This document shows, in pieces, positions 26,913 to 36,362 of a stretch of 64,000 nt of DNA. The stretch lies in sequence record OM728297.1. One strand, written 5' to 3'. The translations under genes were made by a program, and so were the position numbers. Within the stretch, counting starts at the first letter, position 1; each line of letters begins with the position of its first letter. The notes beneath the pieces were generated by a model. It made no database searches. It was given only the letters and a program-made list of their open reading frames with translations, and had not been told where the DNA came from.

Positions 26913-27332
26913 ATGACACCTGAACTTATGAATTTAATTTATTGTGTTATTCTAGCAGTAGTTGTATTAGCTGGAGGTTTTGGAGTTAGTGTCTTCCTAA
27001 AAAGACATAAAGAACTAGCTCCAGTCCTTCAAGAAGTAACTAATGCTCTCCCAACTGTATTAGGGGTACTAAAGGCTATTGTGACTAAGGGTGTTTCACA
27101 ACATCCTGCGGCTCATGCTTTTGATGTTTTACAAAAAGTGGCTGAAGTTGCCGCTAAAGGTGTAGAGCAAGTGAGTCAAGGTACAGAGTTGCAATCTGAA
27201 GAAAAATTAAAGTTGGCTAAAGAAAACTTCCATGCTATTGCTGAAGGTGTTGGTCTTAAGCCATCTGAACTTGATGAGAAGGCTGTTGAAACTCTCATTG
27301 AGAATGTAGTATTTCATTTCAACAAAAAATAA
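26913..27332 (+). CDS. Holin-like protein (LL-H family pattern)
   Basis: One N-terminal TM helix then VAAKGVEQ...EEKLKLAK...GL...VETLIENVV; late promoter and terminator. Confidence 0.6.
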   Translation: MTPELMNLIYCVILAVVVLAGGFGVSVFLKRHKELAPVLQEVTNALPTVLGVLKAIVTKGVSQHPAAHAFDVLQKVAEVAAKGVEQVSQGTELQSEEKLKLAKENFHAIAEGVGLKPSELDEKAVETLIENVVFHFNKK

Positions 27333-27339
27333 TAAATTG

Positions 27340-27372
27340 CTCCTATAATCCTAAAAGATTATAGGAGTTTTT
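27340..27372 (+). terminator. Intrinsic terminator
   Basis: CTCCTATAATC/GATTATAGGAG plus T tract. Confidence 0.75.
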
Positions 27373-27385
27373 AAATATATATTAT
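27373..27385 (+). promoter_or_regulatory. Early promoter motif
   Basis: AAATATATATTAT. Confidence 0.75.
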
Positions 27386-27424
27386 TTCTTTGTAATTAGA
27401 TAACAAAAATTAAGGGGGAATAAT

Positions 27425-27571
27425 ATGAATTATTCAGTACATATTGCGTATAAAGAGTATGGAACATTCTACACTCAAATACCTGCAAAAGATTATAATG
27501 ATGCTATTTCAAAAATGATCAATAATGCAGTTATGGAAGGAAAGCAAATACTATCTATCAAAGTTTATTAA
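27425..27571 (+). CDS. Small hypothetical protein (48 aa, not in ORF track)
   Basis: RBS AAGGGGG; MNYSVHIAYKEYGTFYTQIPAKDY... Confidence 0.55.
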   Translation: MNYSVHIAYKEYGTFYTQIPAKDYNDAISKMINNAVMEGKQILSIKVY

Positions 27572-27583
27572 GGAGTAAAGTTA

Positions 27584-27763
27584 ATGGCTGTTAATGATAC
27601 TTTAGGAATGATTATGGGTGTATTATTCATATTCATATTTACTTATGGACTAGTTACTGTTAAAACTAAATTAGAGAAAGCTATATTCTCAATATTTGCA
27701 TTGTTATTTATTGGATTCTTTATTTTTAATATTACTATGTTAGTATTGGAAACAACAAGATAA
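27584..27763 (+). CDS. Small two-TM membrane protein (59 aa, not in ORF track)
   Basis: RBS AAGGAG; two hydrophobic helices. Confidence 0.55.
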   Translation: MAVNDTLGMIMGVLFIFIFTYGLVTVKTKLEKAIFSIFALLFIGFFIFNITMLVLETTR

Positions 27764-27782
27764 AATAAAGGAGTGATTAATA

Positions 27783-28151
27783 ATGGAACATTCATTTTGT
27801 CCAGAGTGTTATGAGATGAGAGATTTTAATGAAGTTTTTAAAAGTGATACATTTAATTTCTATGGACAAGAAATTGAAATTACTAGTCGTTTTCTAGAAT
27901 GTACAATATGTGGGGAAGAGATTACTGATCCAAAGAGAATTGATGAAAATTTTATTAAAGCTTATACTAAGTATAGGAATGAAAATAACCTTCTTCATTC
28001 AGAAGAGATAAAAAATATTAGAGAAAAGAAAAACTTATCTCAAGAAGAATTTGCAGAAATACTTGGTTGCTCTAAAAGAACTATTCAAAGAATTGAAACA
28101 GGAGCTTTACAAACTAAAGAACAAGATAAAAAAATAAGAGAATTAGTTTAA
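27783..28151 (+). CDS. MqsA-like Zn ribbon + XRE HTH protein
   Basis: CPEC...CTICGE; EEIKNIREKKNLSQEEFAEILGCSKRTIQRIETG. Confidence 0.8.
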   Translation: MEHSFCPECYEMRDFNEVFKSDTFNFYGQEIEITSRFLECTICGEEITDPKRIDENFIKAYTKYRNENNLLHSEEIKNIREKKNLSQEEFAEILGCSKRTIQRIETGALQTKEQDKKIRELV

Positions 28152-28179
28152 ATAACTAATTAATTGGGAGAGAAAACAA

Positions 28180-28668
28180 ATGGCAATGACAGCGCAAACA
28201 GAGGAATTAATGAAAATGAGAAATTTACGTTCTAGAGACATTCAAGGTAGAAAGGCAATCCTAACTGAAGATGTTGCATTCTTTACTTCTGTTTCTAGAA
28301 ATGATAATAGTCTTGTTGTATTTGAAAAAGGAACAGAGGTTACTGGTGTTTATAGAATGACCAATACTGATTTATATATCTTTAGATTCAATGGTTTATA
28401 TAATTTTCCTATTAGATCATATAAATTTGAATGGAAAGACGAAAGAGAAGATGATAATTTATATAATGGGGGAAAAGACTTTACCTACTGTACTGAATGT
28501 AATGAAGTTCTTAATAGTGAAGATGACTTATACCCAGATATGTGTAATGAATGTGGTACAGAAAAATCATATAATTTTAGAAAACCAATGAAATTTAGTA
28601 ATGATAATGATGAATTTTACGAAATTACCAATTATGAACCAGTAGGATATTCAACTGATAATGACTAA
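28180..28668 (+). CDS. Hypothetical protein with C-terminal Zn ribbon
   Basis: CTEC...CNECG. Confidence 0.65.
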   Translation: MAMTAQTEELMKMRNLRSRDIQGRKAILTEDVAFFTSVSRNDNSLVVFEKGTEVTGVYRMTNTDLYIFRFNGLYNFPIRSYKFEWKDEREDDNLYNGGKDFTYCTECNEVLNSEDDLYPDMCNECGTEKSYNFRKPMKFSNDNDEFYEITNYEPVGYSTDND

Positions 28669-28690
28669 GTAGATAATTCATGGGGAATTT

Positions 28691-28734
28691 AAAATAAGAA
28701 CAATCTTATATAGAGGTTGTTCTTATTTTTTTTT
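28691..28734 (+). terminator. Terminator with embedded late promoter (AACA-N6-TA at 28699-28710)
   Basis: AAAATAAGAACAATCT/AGGTTGTTCTTATTTT plus T tract. Confidence 0.7.
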
Positions 28735-28775
28735 TATTATATGTTTAAAAATTATTTAAATGGGGAGAATTATAA

Positions 28776-30026
28776 ATGAGAGAATCTAGAATAGTGGCGT
28801 GTAAAATATCAACATCTATTTCTTCTTTAATTGGAAATATTACTGGTTATGCTAGATATTTTTTATCTACAAAGTTTCCTCCTGATTTTTTTAAAGATAC
28901 TCATATTAGTGGTGCTTTAAATGAAATAAGAATGGAAAATGTAGATATTACAAAATTAAGAAAACCTACTCTAATTATGACACCTGAATATAACGGTGAA
29001 ACCGGATTTATGGAATTGTTACCAAATTGGCACACAACACAATATTTTACCTTTAAGAATCCAAGGAAGAAATATAATGGTGTACTATACGATAATAAAA
29101 ATGATATTTATATATACTCAATACCTGATAGAATTAAGGTAAACTTCAATATTAAAATAAAGTTACCATCTGAATTGTATGCTTATGATGTACTACATTA
29201 TGTAAAACAAACATTTGAAACTGGTGGATATTTCTATTTAAATGATGTAAGTTTACAAACAGAATTACCAAAGATGTATACTAAAATTATAGAGAAAAAA
29301 TTAAATCTAGATCCAACTAAACCAGATGATAGGGAGAAGTTAGAGGAATACTACTTGGCTAATTCTTATAATGCGATCACAGAAAAAATCAATCAATCTT
29401 CAGGTAATAGCCAGTATGCATATACTTATAAAACTAATATTCTTGTAAATATTCCTGATTTACCTACTTATGAAAAAAATGAAAATGGTTTAATTACTGA
29501 TAGTACAACAGTAAACTTTCCTTTTTCCTTTGAACTATGGTCTCATTCAAATTATATAATGGAAACTAAAGACGATCCAATAATAGACACAATTAGTAAT
29601 GAGCCAAGTATTGAAGGAAGAACTATGAAATATGACTTTTTTCTTCCTACCCATTTTATAAAAGAACAATATGATAGTATGCATCTAATTGTGCATAAAC
29701 AATTCCTTCCAGATATTAATACAGAAGTTGACATATTAGATTTTAGTCCACTCATTAACTCCGAGTTAAGAGGAGTTATAGAGGAAGCACTAAAGCAAAA
29801 ATTAGATATGTCAAAACTCTTGAAAGCCAGAGTATTAGTAGATAACAAAGAGATATATGAGGAACTCTTTAATGTGGATTGGAAGACTCTCAACTTAATA
29901 ACGAAAGAACCTATGTATAACATGACTTATACGCTAATGATTTATGGTGATTTAAAAATTTTAAACCTCATAAGTAAGTATATTGCGGAGGGCACAAAGG
30001 AGAAGATATCTGAAATAGAACTATAA
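28776..30026 (+). CDS. Hypothetical late protein, probably virion structural
   Basis: 416 aa; RBS GGGGAG; late promoter upstream. Confidence 0.7.
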   Translation: MRESRIVACKISTSISSLIGNITGYARYFLSTKFPPDFFKDTHISGALNEIRMENVDITKLRKPTLIMTPEYNGETGFMELLPNWHTTQYFTFKNPRKKYNGVLYDNKNDIYIYSIPDRIKVNFNIKIKLPSELYAYDVLHYVKQTFETGGYFYLNDVSLQTELPKMYTKIIEKKLNLDPTKPDDREKLEEYYLANSYNAITEKINQSSGNSQYAYTYKTNILVNIPDLPTYEKNENGLITDSTTVNFPFSFELWSHSNYIMETKDDPIIDTISNEPSIEGRTMKYDFFLPTHFIKEQYDSMHLIVHKQFLPDINTEVDILDFSPLINSELRGVIEEALKQKLDMSKLLKARVLVDNKEIYEELFNVDWKTLNLITKEPMYNMTYTLMIYGDLKILNLISKYIAEGTKEKISEIEL

Positions 30027-30048
30027 AAATTAGAAAGATGGGATTCAC

Positions 30049-30333
30049 ATGAAATTAGAAGAGCTTTATCAGACACTTAAAAATGAGTATCTTTCAGGTA
30101 AATTTTATATTGAAGATAATAAAATTAATTGGATTTACAGTACTGAAGGTGTAAAAAGTGCTGAAGAAGCTGAAGACAGATGGCTTTCCTTTCTAGGTGC
30201 AAAAATTACCGCCGAGAATATCATTGAGGGAACAAACTTTGAAATTATTCAAAAGTTTGAAAGTAATAATAAGATTGGTTTTTCAATTAGAGAAAAACTA
30301 GTCAAAAAGAAACAAGAATGTTTCTATTATTAA
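30049..30333 (+). CDS. Hypothetical protein
   Basis: 94 aa ORF followed by a terminator. Confidence 0.6.
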   Translation: MKLEELYQTLKNEYLSGKFYIEDNKINWIYSTEGVKSAEEAEDRWLSFLGAKITAENIIEGTNFEIIQKFESNNKIGFSIREKLVKKKQECFYY

Positions 30334-30334
30334 A

Positions 30335-30371
30335 AAGATAAAATATCTCCTATCTGGAGATATTTTATCTT
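30335..30371 (+). terminator. Hairpin terminator
   Basis: 16-bp arms AAGATAAAATATCTCC/GGAGATATTTTATCTT. Confidence 0.65.
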
Positions 30372-30395
30372 CATACCGTATTATAGTAATATTTC

Positions 30396-30408
30396 AAATA
30401 TATATTAT
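30396..30408 (+). promoter_or_regulatory. Early promoter motif
   Basis: AAATATATATTAT. Confidence 0.75.
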
Positions 30409-30533
30409 ATTAATGTTAATAATAGGGATTAGCTAAGAGAAAGGAGAAACAGTATTAATGAATAAATTATATTTAAAATTACATAATATTAAAACATAAA
30501 ATATGGAAAAGAAGTGCATAAGGAGAGAATAAA

Positions 30534-30770
30534 ATGAGATCACAACTATTTAAAGATTTATTAAAAAAGTATAAAGAAGATAATGAGAATTTTAAATTAA
30601 GTGTTTGTGGTAGAGAGTATAGAATAACAGATGTTGTTAATGCTATTGAGATTTTTAGAGATGTTATTTTGGGAACTAAGTTTGATTGTAATTTTAGTGT
30701 ATCACAAGATGGAAGTATAATTACTGCTGAAATTTCTATATTTAAGATTGAAGACAAGGAAGTAATCTAA
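30534..30770 (+). CDS. Hypothetical early protein
   Basis: RBS AAGGAG. Confidence 0.6.
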   Translation: MRSQLFKDLLKKYKEDNENFKLSVCGREYRITDVVNAIEIFRDVILGTKFDCNFSVSQDGSIITAEISIFKIEDKEVI

Positions 30771-30796
30771 AGAGATAATATTGGGGGAATATAATA

Positions 30797-31252
30797 ATGT
30801 ACAGAGCAGATAAAGAATTCTATTCAAAGAAAATCGATAAAATGATATCTAATGTAATTGATGATTATACTGATGAGCCGTATTATGAATTCTTTGATAA
30901 AGGAATTAGTATTGAAAGTCTAATAAGAGAAGAGAATAGAAATAATCCTGTTGAAAAATCATTTTTAGAAGCATTAAAAGAGTTCAATATTAAATTAGAT
31001 GTTCCAATGTTTGCTCATCTAAAAGATAGAAATGATCCTTTTGATTTACTTAATGTATTTCTATTAAAAGAATATGTAGTGATATTGAGTTATTATTCAA
31101 TCGGAAGTGTAGTTGATACAGCATCAATTTATAAACTAAATGATCCTAAAGGTTATTTTAAAGAAGAACCCTTGGATGTTGAGCCTGAATCAATTGATAT
31201 TCTATTTGAAAGAAAAAGAAATGAAGAATCAAAATTAATTAATGTGAAATAA
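30797..31252 (+). CDS. Hypothetical early protein
   Basis: RBS GGGGG. Confidence 0.65.
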   Translation: MYRADKEFYSKKIDKMISNVIDDYTDEPYYEFFDKGISIESLIREENRNNPVEKSFLEALKEFNIKLDVPMFAHLKDRNDPFDLLNVFLLKEYVVILSYYSIGSVVDTASIYKLNDPKGYFKEEPLDVEPESIDILFERKRNEESKLINVK

Positions 31253-31254
31253 TA

Positions 31255-31288
31255 ATGGATAAGTAAGGAATATTCCTTACTTATCCAT
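31255..31288. repeat. Perfect 34-bp palindrome
   Basis: ATGGATAAGTAAGGAAT|ATTCCTTACTTATCCAT. Confidence 0.9.
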
Positions 31289-31312
31289 CCTATTCTATTT
31301 GGAGGTATAGTA

Positions 31313-31639
31313 ATGATAAAAATAGAAACAAAAAATGATACTGCAATGATTAAAGATGAATCTCTTAGGAAATCAACTGAAGAAGTATTAAATTATTATT
31401 TAAGTGCTCTAGGAGTAGAAGACCTAAAGAATAATGAAACAGTTACTATCTATGCTATTAGAGAATCGGGTAAACTAGAAGATCATGTTGTTGCAATGGA
31501 AATTGAATATATTGAGAGACAAATTGGGAATGTTGTTTCAATAAATGTTATAGACCATGATAAAGATCATAATATCATCTATATAATCGATTATAACAAT
31601 ATTGTAGATCCAGAAATTAAATCAATAAGAATAGAATAG
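31313..31639 (+). CDS. Hypothetical protein
   Basis: RBS GGAGG. Confidence 0.65.
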   Translation: MIKIETKNDTAMIKDESLRKSTEEVLNYYLSALGVEDLKNNETVTIYAIRESGKLEDHVVAMEIEYIERQIGNVVSINVIDHDKDHNIIYIIDYNNIVDPEIKSIRIE

Positions 31640-31651
31640 GAGTTACTATAA

Positions 31652-32152
31652 ATGGTACAAATCCTTAATTTAAGTGAAGGATCAGCAAATGATAAAATAA
31701 AAGAAGTTGAAAGATTAAGAGATGAATTTGATAATAATAGTTTTACTTTATATACTATGGAAACTAAGATAATGGGAGTTGAAGATAGAATAACGAGAAT
31801 CTATCTAGGTGACTTATTATTAATGCATGCATCTAATCACCTTATTGTACCTGATAAAATGGGAAATCCTATGCAATCCAGCAGTGGTGTAACAGTATTT
31901 AATGGTTCTAGAGAACAACAAAGAATATTAGAAGTTGGTATTGGTGGATGGGATGCATTTAAATTTTGGATTTCTAATACTACTTTCTTATATGCATTTA
32001 GATGCAAAAATTTTAGAGATTTATTAAATGGTTCAAAGCAAATTGACCCAATGATTAATAGTATCTTTTATAAATTCTTTAAAAATCCAGATGTTAGAGA
32101 ACAATTTACTCGTGTTTTAAATGAAGCTAGAATTGATATTAAGGGGAATTAA
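31652..32152 (+). CDS. Hypothetical protein
   Basis: RBS AGGAG. Confidence 0.65.
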   Translation: MVQILNLSEGSANDKIKEVERLRDEFDNNSFTLYTMETKIMGVEDRITRIYLGDLLLMHASNHLIVPDKMGNPMQSSSGVTVFNGSREQQRILEVGIGGWDAFKFWISNTTFLYAFRCKNFRDLLNGSKQIDPMINSIFYKFFKNPDVREQFTRVLNEARIDIKGN

Positions 32153-32155
32153 TAA

Positions 32156-32395
32156 ATGTTAGATAATAGTATAGATGAGCGTATGATGACAGCTAAACTA
32201 AATATCTCTTTTAAAATAAAAAAAGAGTTACAAAAAAGAAAAATATCTATACGTCAGTTAGCAGAAAATATAGGATTAAAACATCCTCAAATAGTAAGAA
32301 TAACTAATGCTGATAATTATAATATCAATACATTATTAAAAATTTTAGATGGTCTAGATTTAGAAGTTACGATTCAAAATAAAAATAAGCAGTAA
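32156..32395 (+). CDS. XRE-family HTH protein
   Basis: LQKRKISIRQLAENIGLKHPQIVRIT...INTLLKILDGLDLEV. Confidence 0.8.
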   Translation: MLDNSIDERMMTAKLNISFKIKKELQKRKISIRQLAENIGLKHPQIVRITNADNYNINTLLKILDGLDLEVTIQNKNKQ

Positions 32396-32411
32396 ATAAG
32401 AGGTAAAATAG

Positions 32412-32573
32412 ATGATCAAAGATTTAAAAACTATTGCTCTATGTTTAGTTGGGTTTATTATTATATTCTTCATAATTAAAACATTTATGTATTCTAATGA
32501 GGAAGAAGAATGTCTAAAAAGAGATCATTATGTAGATGATTCTAAATGGGAAGAATATTGTAAAAATAAATAG
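32412..32573 (+). CDS. Small membrane protein (53 aa, not in ORF track)
   Basis: RBS GAGGT; TM helix then Cys pair. Confidence 0.55.
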   Translation: MIKDLKTIALCLVGFIIIFFIIKTFMYSNEEEECLKRDHYVDDSKWEEYCKNK

Positions 32574-32615
32574 AGAGAATAATCCTATATCATGTGATAT
32601 AGGATTATTTTTTTT

Positions 32616-33350
32616 TTATGCATAAATAAGATATTCAATTAATACTGTTTTAGTAAGAGATGTGAGTGACTCTGAATCAAAAGTTACTCTTGAAAATAGC
32701 TCAGTATCTTTATAAGTATTATTAGCTTCATCATACTCAGCAAATACTAAGCCTAGTTCATTAATGAGATATCCTCTAGTTTCATCTGCATTAATTTTAA
32801 GCATAATCTTTTGATAAACTTCATTATTTTCTTTACTGAATACCCATTGAGGTTCTACTTCAAAAACTTTACCATAATATTCAGTAGTTCCATCAGATCT
32901 TACTTCAGGCAGATAATAACGTTTTCTTTGTTCTTCTGAAAGTTCCTCAATAATAGAAGGATTATTTTCTTTTTCAGGAGTTTCATGCTTTGCTGGATCC
33001 TGAACAACAAATGGAACTGGCTTTGCTAGATCTTCGTCACTATACAATGGTGCAAAAGGTTGGAAAGGTGCAGATTCAATATCAGCGCCACCTGAACCTA
33101 CTTTAAATAAGCAAATACTTCTATTTAAGTTAACTCTATAACCTGAAGCTTCTGCATCAATCGGTTTACCAAATAAACGCTCCAAAGCATATGTTCTTCC
33201 ACGTAGTACAATTAGATTATCTTTTTCTAAAATTGTATTTCCAAATTCATCCATTACTTTTACTTTACCTTTTAATCCCATGCCAGAACTTGGCTGAGAA
33301 GTTTTATCTCCAATATTAATCCCATCATTGAATTTCAATTTTTCAGTCAT
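32616..33350 (-). CDS. Baseplate/tail-fibre attachment-type protein
   Basis: NLIVLRGR, FKVGSGG, INELGL, LFSRVTF...VLIEYLIY pattern typical of myophage baseplate proteins; start moved to ATG 33350 behind GGAGG. Confidence 0.6.
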   Translation of the reverse strand: MTEKLKFNDGINIGDKTSQPSSGMGLKGKVKVMDEFGNTILEKDNLIVLRGRTYALERLFGKPIDAEASGYRVNLNRSICLFKVGSGGADIESAPFQPFAPLYSDEDLAKPVPFVVQDPAKHETPEKENNPSIIEELSEEQRKRYYLPEVRSDGTTEYYGKVFEVEPQWVFSKENNEVYQKIMLKINADETRGYLINELGLVFAEYDEANNTYKDTELFSRVTFDSESLTSLTKTVLIEYLIYA

Positions 33351-33399
33351 TATTGAAACCTCCAATTTATTATATTTACAAATAAATGTTTACTATTCT

Positions 33400-35616
33400 T
33401 TAAACTTCCTCATAAATAACCTTATCTTCTTGATTCTCTTCAGATACAGTTATTTTTACTGACTCTTTCAATAACATAGTATCATTATTGTTTAAACTAG
33501 ACTCATAATTAAAGCGATCAGATAATTTATAGATATCATGTTGATTTATTTGAATATCTGAAATTTTATATTGATCATGATAACCTATACCTTCTATTGG
33601 TGAGTGAATTGTATGAACTATTCGATCATCATTGAGAACCATATTAGAATCATCTTTATACAATTGAGATTGCCACCACATTACATCTCTTATATTTAAT
33701 GGTACTTTGATATTAAGATTAGTATCTAAGATATTAGAAATATCTAATAGATCGATAGTGCTTGCAAAACTATGATCTGTTGTTGCACTAAAATCATCAA
33801 ATAATTTAAGAGTATTAAATGTTTTATCATCAAATGAAAATACAATATTAGCTGATAAAAGATCAATAGTGTATGATTTAAAAATACTAATAATTGTATA
33901 AAGATATTTTTCTATATATGAACTTAGTCCAATAAAATTATTATTTGTAAAATATCTTCTTACTTTCGGATCACTAATATAGTTTCCAATTGATTCAGTT
34001 AATTCAAATACTCTGTCTTTATAAAAATTAGCTAATAATTTCTCACTATCTTTAATAGTATCTGGTACTTGAATATATTTATATAGATCATAATTTCTTG
34101 TTTTAATGTAATCACTAAATGTTTCACTATCACCATAAATAGAATTGCTGATTTTAGTCCTCATTTCAATATCCCATATCTCTTGAAGTTTTCTATAGAT
34201 ATGATAGTTATCAGTTTCTATAATCATATCTTCTAGATATTTTCGCATTTTCTCATTTGTATTAAAAACCTCTAAGAAATCTTCGATAGAATATTTTTCT
34301 TTCTCAAAACCTGTCATTTTAAAATTCTCAGTAAATTCAATAATTTCTTTATAATTATTGATTCTAGAAGCATTTTTAATAGCTATCTCTTTAATTTCAC
34401 TCATTATACTACTAATATCTATACTATTTTCTATGTCCCGATAGCCATAGATATAATTAATAACATCTGGATTCTTACTTATAGTATCCCTATAACCATG
34501 ACTTCTAATAACTAAAGATTGCAGAGCTACTATAGCATCATATATCTTGACTATATTTTCAGAAATACTTCCGTTAATAAATCCAAAGTCAATGCCTTCT
34601 TTTTGACTATAATCTAATTGAAACTTATTTAATATTGACATGAAATAAGCTAACCCAATTGTTTCATTCATAGCATCTATTGTAGTATCAACACTCATAT
34701 ATTTTGAATTAATAAAATTAAAAGGAATGCTCTTTACTTCATCTTCTGATGCTTGCCAATAAGGATCATTTGAAACAATTGAATTATAATCTAGAATAAT
34801 ATCTTTTTTAAAATCAACTTCTTTATCAGCAGGTGTTTTAAAAAACATTAGATAAGGATCATTATAGTTTAATTTCCCAGTTCTTGGATCTGTACTATAA
34901 CCCTTTGCCAATACATATCTATATATCTCTATATTATCAAAACCAAATAAATTGATAATTTCAAGAATAGCCTGATTAGTTCCTTTATGAGATAATAATG
35001 TATTAATCATTTTTAATAATCTTCTTTGATAGTTAATTGGCATATCCTCAAAATAATCAAGACCAACTGAAATAAATGCATTTTTAAGAGTCCTCATATC
35101 ATAAACATCTATATTAAAGAAATTTTCCATCTTTCTAGTTAGATATCTCTGGACGGTAGAGAATATTAAGAACAATTTAATAAATCCTCTATACATATCT
35201 TGGTTTTTAAATGCCTTAGTAGAGGTAACTTTATTATGATAATTTAGTACTTCATAGTAGCACTCATAAAATAGATTCATTTCTTCTCTTGATAAAGTAG
35301 GTCTTGTAGCTAATAAAATATGAAGATCTTTGGCAGTTCTAGAAGTTAAATAGTCTATACCCCAGTTATCATACAATTCTTTATAGTAACTATTTAACTC
35401 AGTATAACCATCAATTATTTTTTTCTTAGTTTCTTCATCTACATCATATAAACCTAAACGTATATTTATGAATTCATTAGACAAACGATAAGAATTTGTA
35501 GTTTCCAAGGAATCAGCTAATTCAGTATCTTTTAGAATGAGACCATTGGCGAACTCAAGGACGCTTTCAATCTCATTTATATCCCCTTGTGAGAGGACAC
35601 TATAATTGCTTCCCAA
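33400..35616 (-). CDS. Baseplate wedge protein (gp7/P2 gpI-like)
   Basis: RRLLKMINTLLSHKGTNQAILEIINLFG motif. Confidence 0.6.
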   Translation of the reverse strand: MGSNYSVLSQGDINEIESVLEFANGLILKDTELADSLETTNSYRLSNEFINIRLGLYDVDEETKKKIIDGYTELNSYYKELYDNWGIDYLTSRTAKDLHILLATRPTLSREEMNLFYECYYEVLNYHNKVTSTKAFKNQDMYRGFIKLFLIFSTVQRYLTRKMENFFNIDVYDMRTLKNAFISVGLDYFEDMPINYQRRLLKMINTLLSHKGTNQAILEIINLFGFDNIEIYRYVLAKGYSTDPRTGKLNYNDPYLMFFKTPADKEVDFKKDIILDYNSIVSNDPYWQASEDEVKSIPFNFINSKYMSVDTTIDAMNETIGLAYFMSILNKFQLDYSQKEGIDFGFINGSISENIVKIYDAIVALQSLVIRSHGYRDTISKNPDVINYIYGYRDIENSIDISSIMSEIKEIAIKNASRINNYKEIIEFTENFKMTGFEKEKYSIEDFLEVFNTNEKMRKYLEDMIIETDNYHIYRKLQEIWDIEMRTKISNSIYGDSETFSDYIKTRNYDLYKYIQVPDTIKDSEKLLANFYKDRVFELTESIGNYISDPKVRRYFTNNNFIGLSSYIEKYLYTIISIFKSYTIDLLSANIVFSFDDKTFNTLKLFDDFSATTDHSFASTIDLLDISNILDTNLNIKVPLNIRDVMWWQSQLYKDDSNMVLNDDRIVHTIHSPIEGIGYHDQYKISDIQINQHDIYKLSDRFNYESSLNNNDTMLLKESVKITVSEENQEDKVIYEEV

Positions 35617-35639
35617 TCGTGTTCACCTCGCTTATTATT

Positions 35640-35651
35640 TATCTTTATGTT
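35640..35651 (-). promoter_or_regulatory. Late promoter AACA-N6-TA
   Basis: AACA TAAAGA TA upstream of the wedge gene. Confidence 0.65.
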
Positions 35652-35673
35652 CAGAAATGGAGGAAATGTGAAA

Positions 35674-36339
35674 ATGATAAAAAAAATTAATAGTCCTGCT
35701 AAAGTCAATAATATTGTAAATATTCAGAGTGTACAGAATAATGATAATATTTTATTAAAAAATATGGATGGTTACTTCCAAGAAAAATTTTATTTTACTG
35801 ATATCTATGATGATACTAAAATGAAAAAATTAGTTGGATCTATTAAAAGTCAAATTAGATCGAGTGATGAGTATTCCCATTATATTGGTTTCCTTAAGAA
35901 TGAATTAGGTTTATCTCATTGTGCTGTTTTAGGAAATGTATCAGCAGAAGATGCGTCATTAGAGTTTCACCATTATCCTTTTACTATACATGACATAATT
36001 AATCTTTCAATTAGTAGAAATATCCTTTTAGGAAAAAAATTTAATTCTTTTACTATTATAAAGGAAGTATTAGATGATCATTATAATAATATAATAGGTC
36101 TAGTACCATTATCACTAACAGTTCATGAACTGGTTCATGCTGGTGAAATATTTGTTAATTTAAATCAAGTTTATGGTGATATAAATGAATTTAATAAAAA
36201 ATATTCATTTGCTATGACTGATGATATGATTGAAAAATTTAATAAATTAATAGAACTAAGTGAGAGTAATGCACCATATAGTGAAACTAATATTCTCAAA
36301 AAAATATATGATAAAATTGAAGATAACGATAGAACTTAA
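35674..36339 (+). CDS. Divergent HNH-like protein, paralog of 23494
   Basis: HCAVLG...EFHHYPFT...GLVPLSLTVHELVHAG; start moved behind GGAGG. Confidence 0.6.
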   Translation: MIKKINSPAKVNNIVNIQSVQNNDNILLKNMDGYFQEKFYFTDIYDDTKMKKLVGSIKSQIRSSDEYSHYIGFLKNELGLSHCAVLGNVSAEDASLEFHHYPFTIHDIINLSISRNILLGKKFNSFTIIKEVLDDHYNNIIGLVPLSLTVHELVHAGEIFVNLNQVYGDINEFNKKYSFAMTDDMIEKFNKLIELSESNAPYSETNILKKIYDKIEDNDRT

Positions 36340-36362
36340 TCTATCGTTATCTTCACTATTTA

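Noticed and set aside
27425-27763. Toxin partner of the MqsA-like gene
   Set aside because: The 48-aa and 59-aa ORFs lack RelE/MqsR size and basic catalytic residues; one is a membrane protein
33378-33392. Late promoter upstream of the 32616 gene
   Set aside because: AACA-N6-TG rather than TA, and the gene can be co-transcribed from 35640; left uncalled
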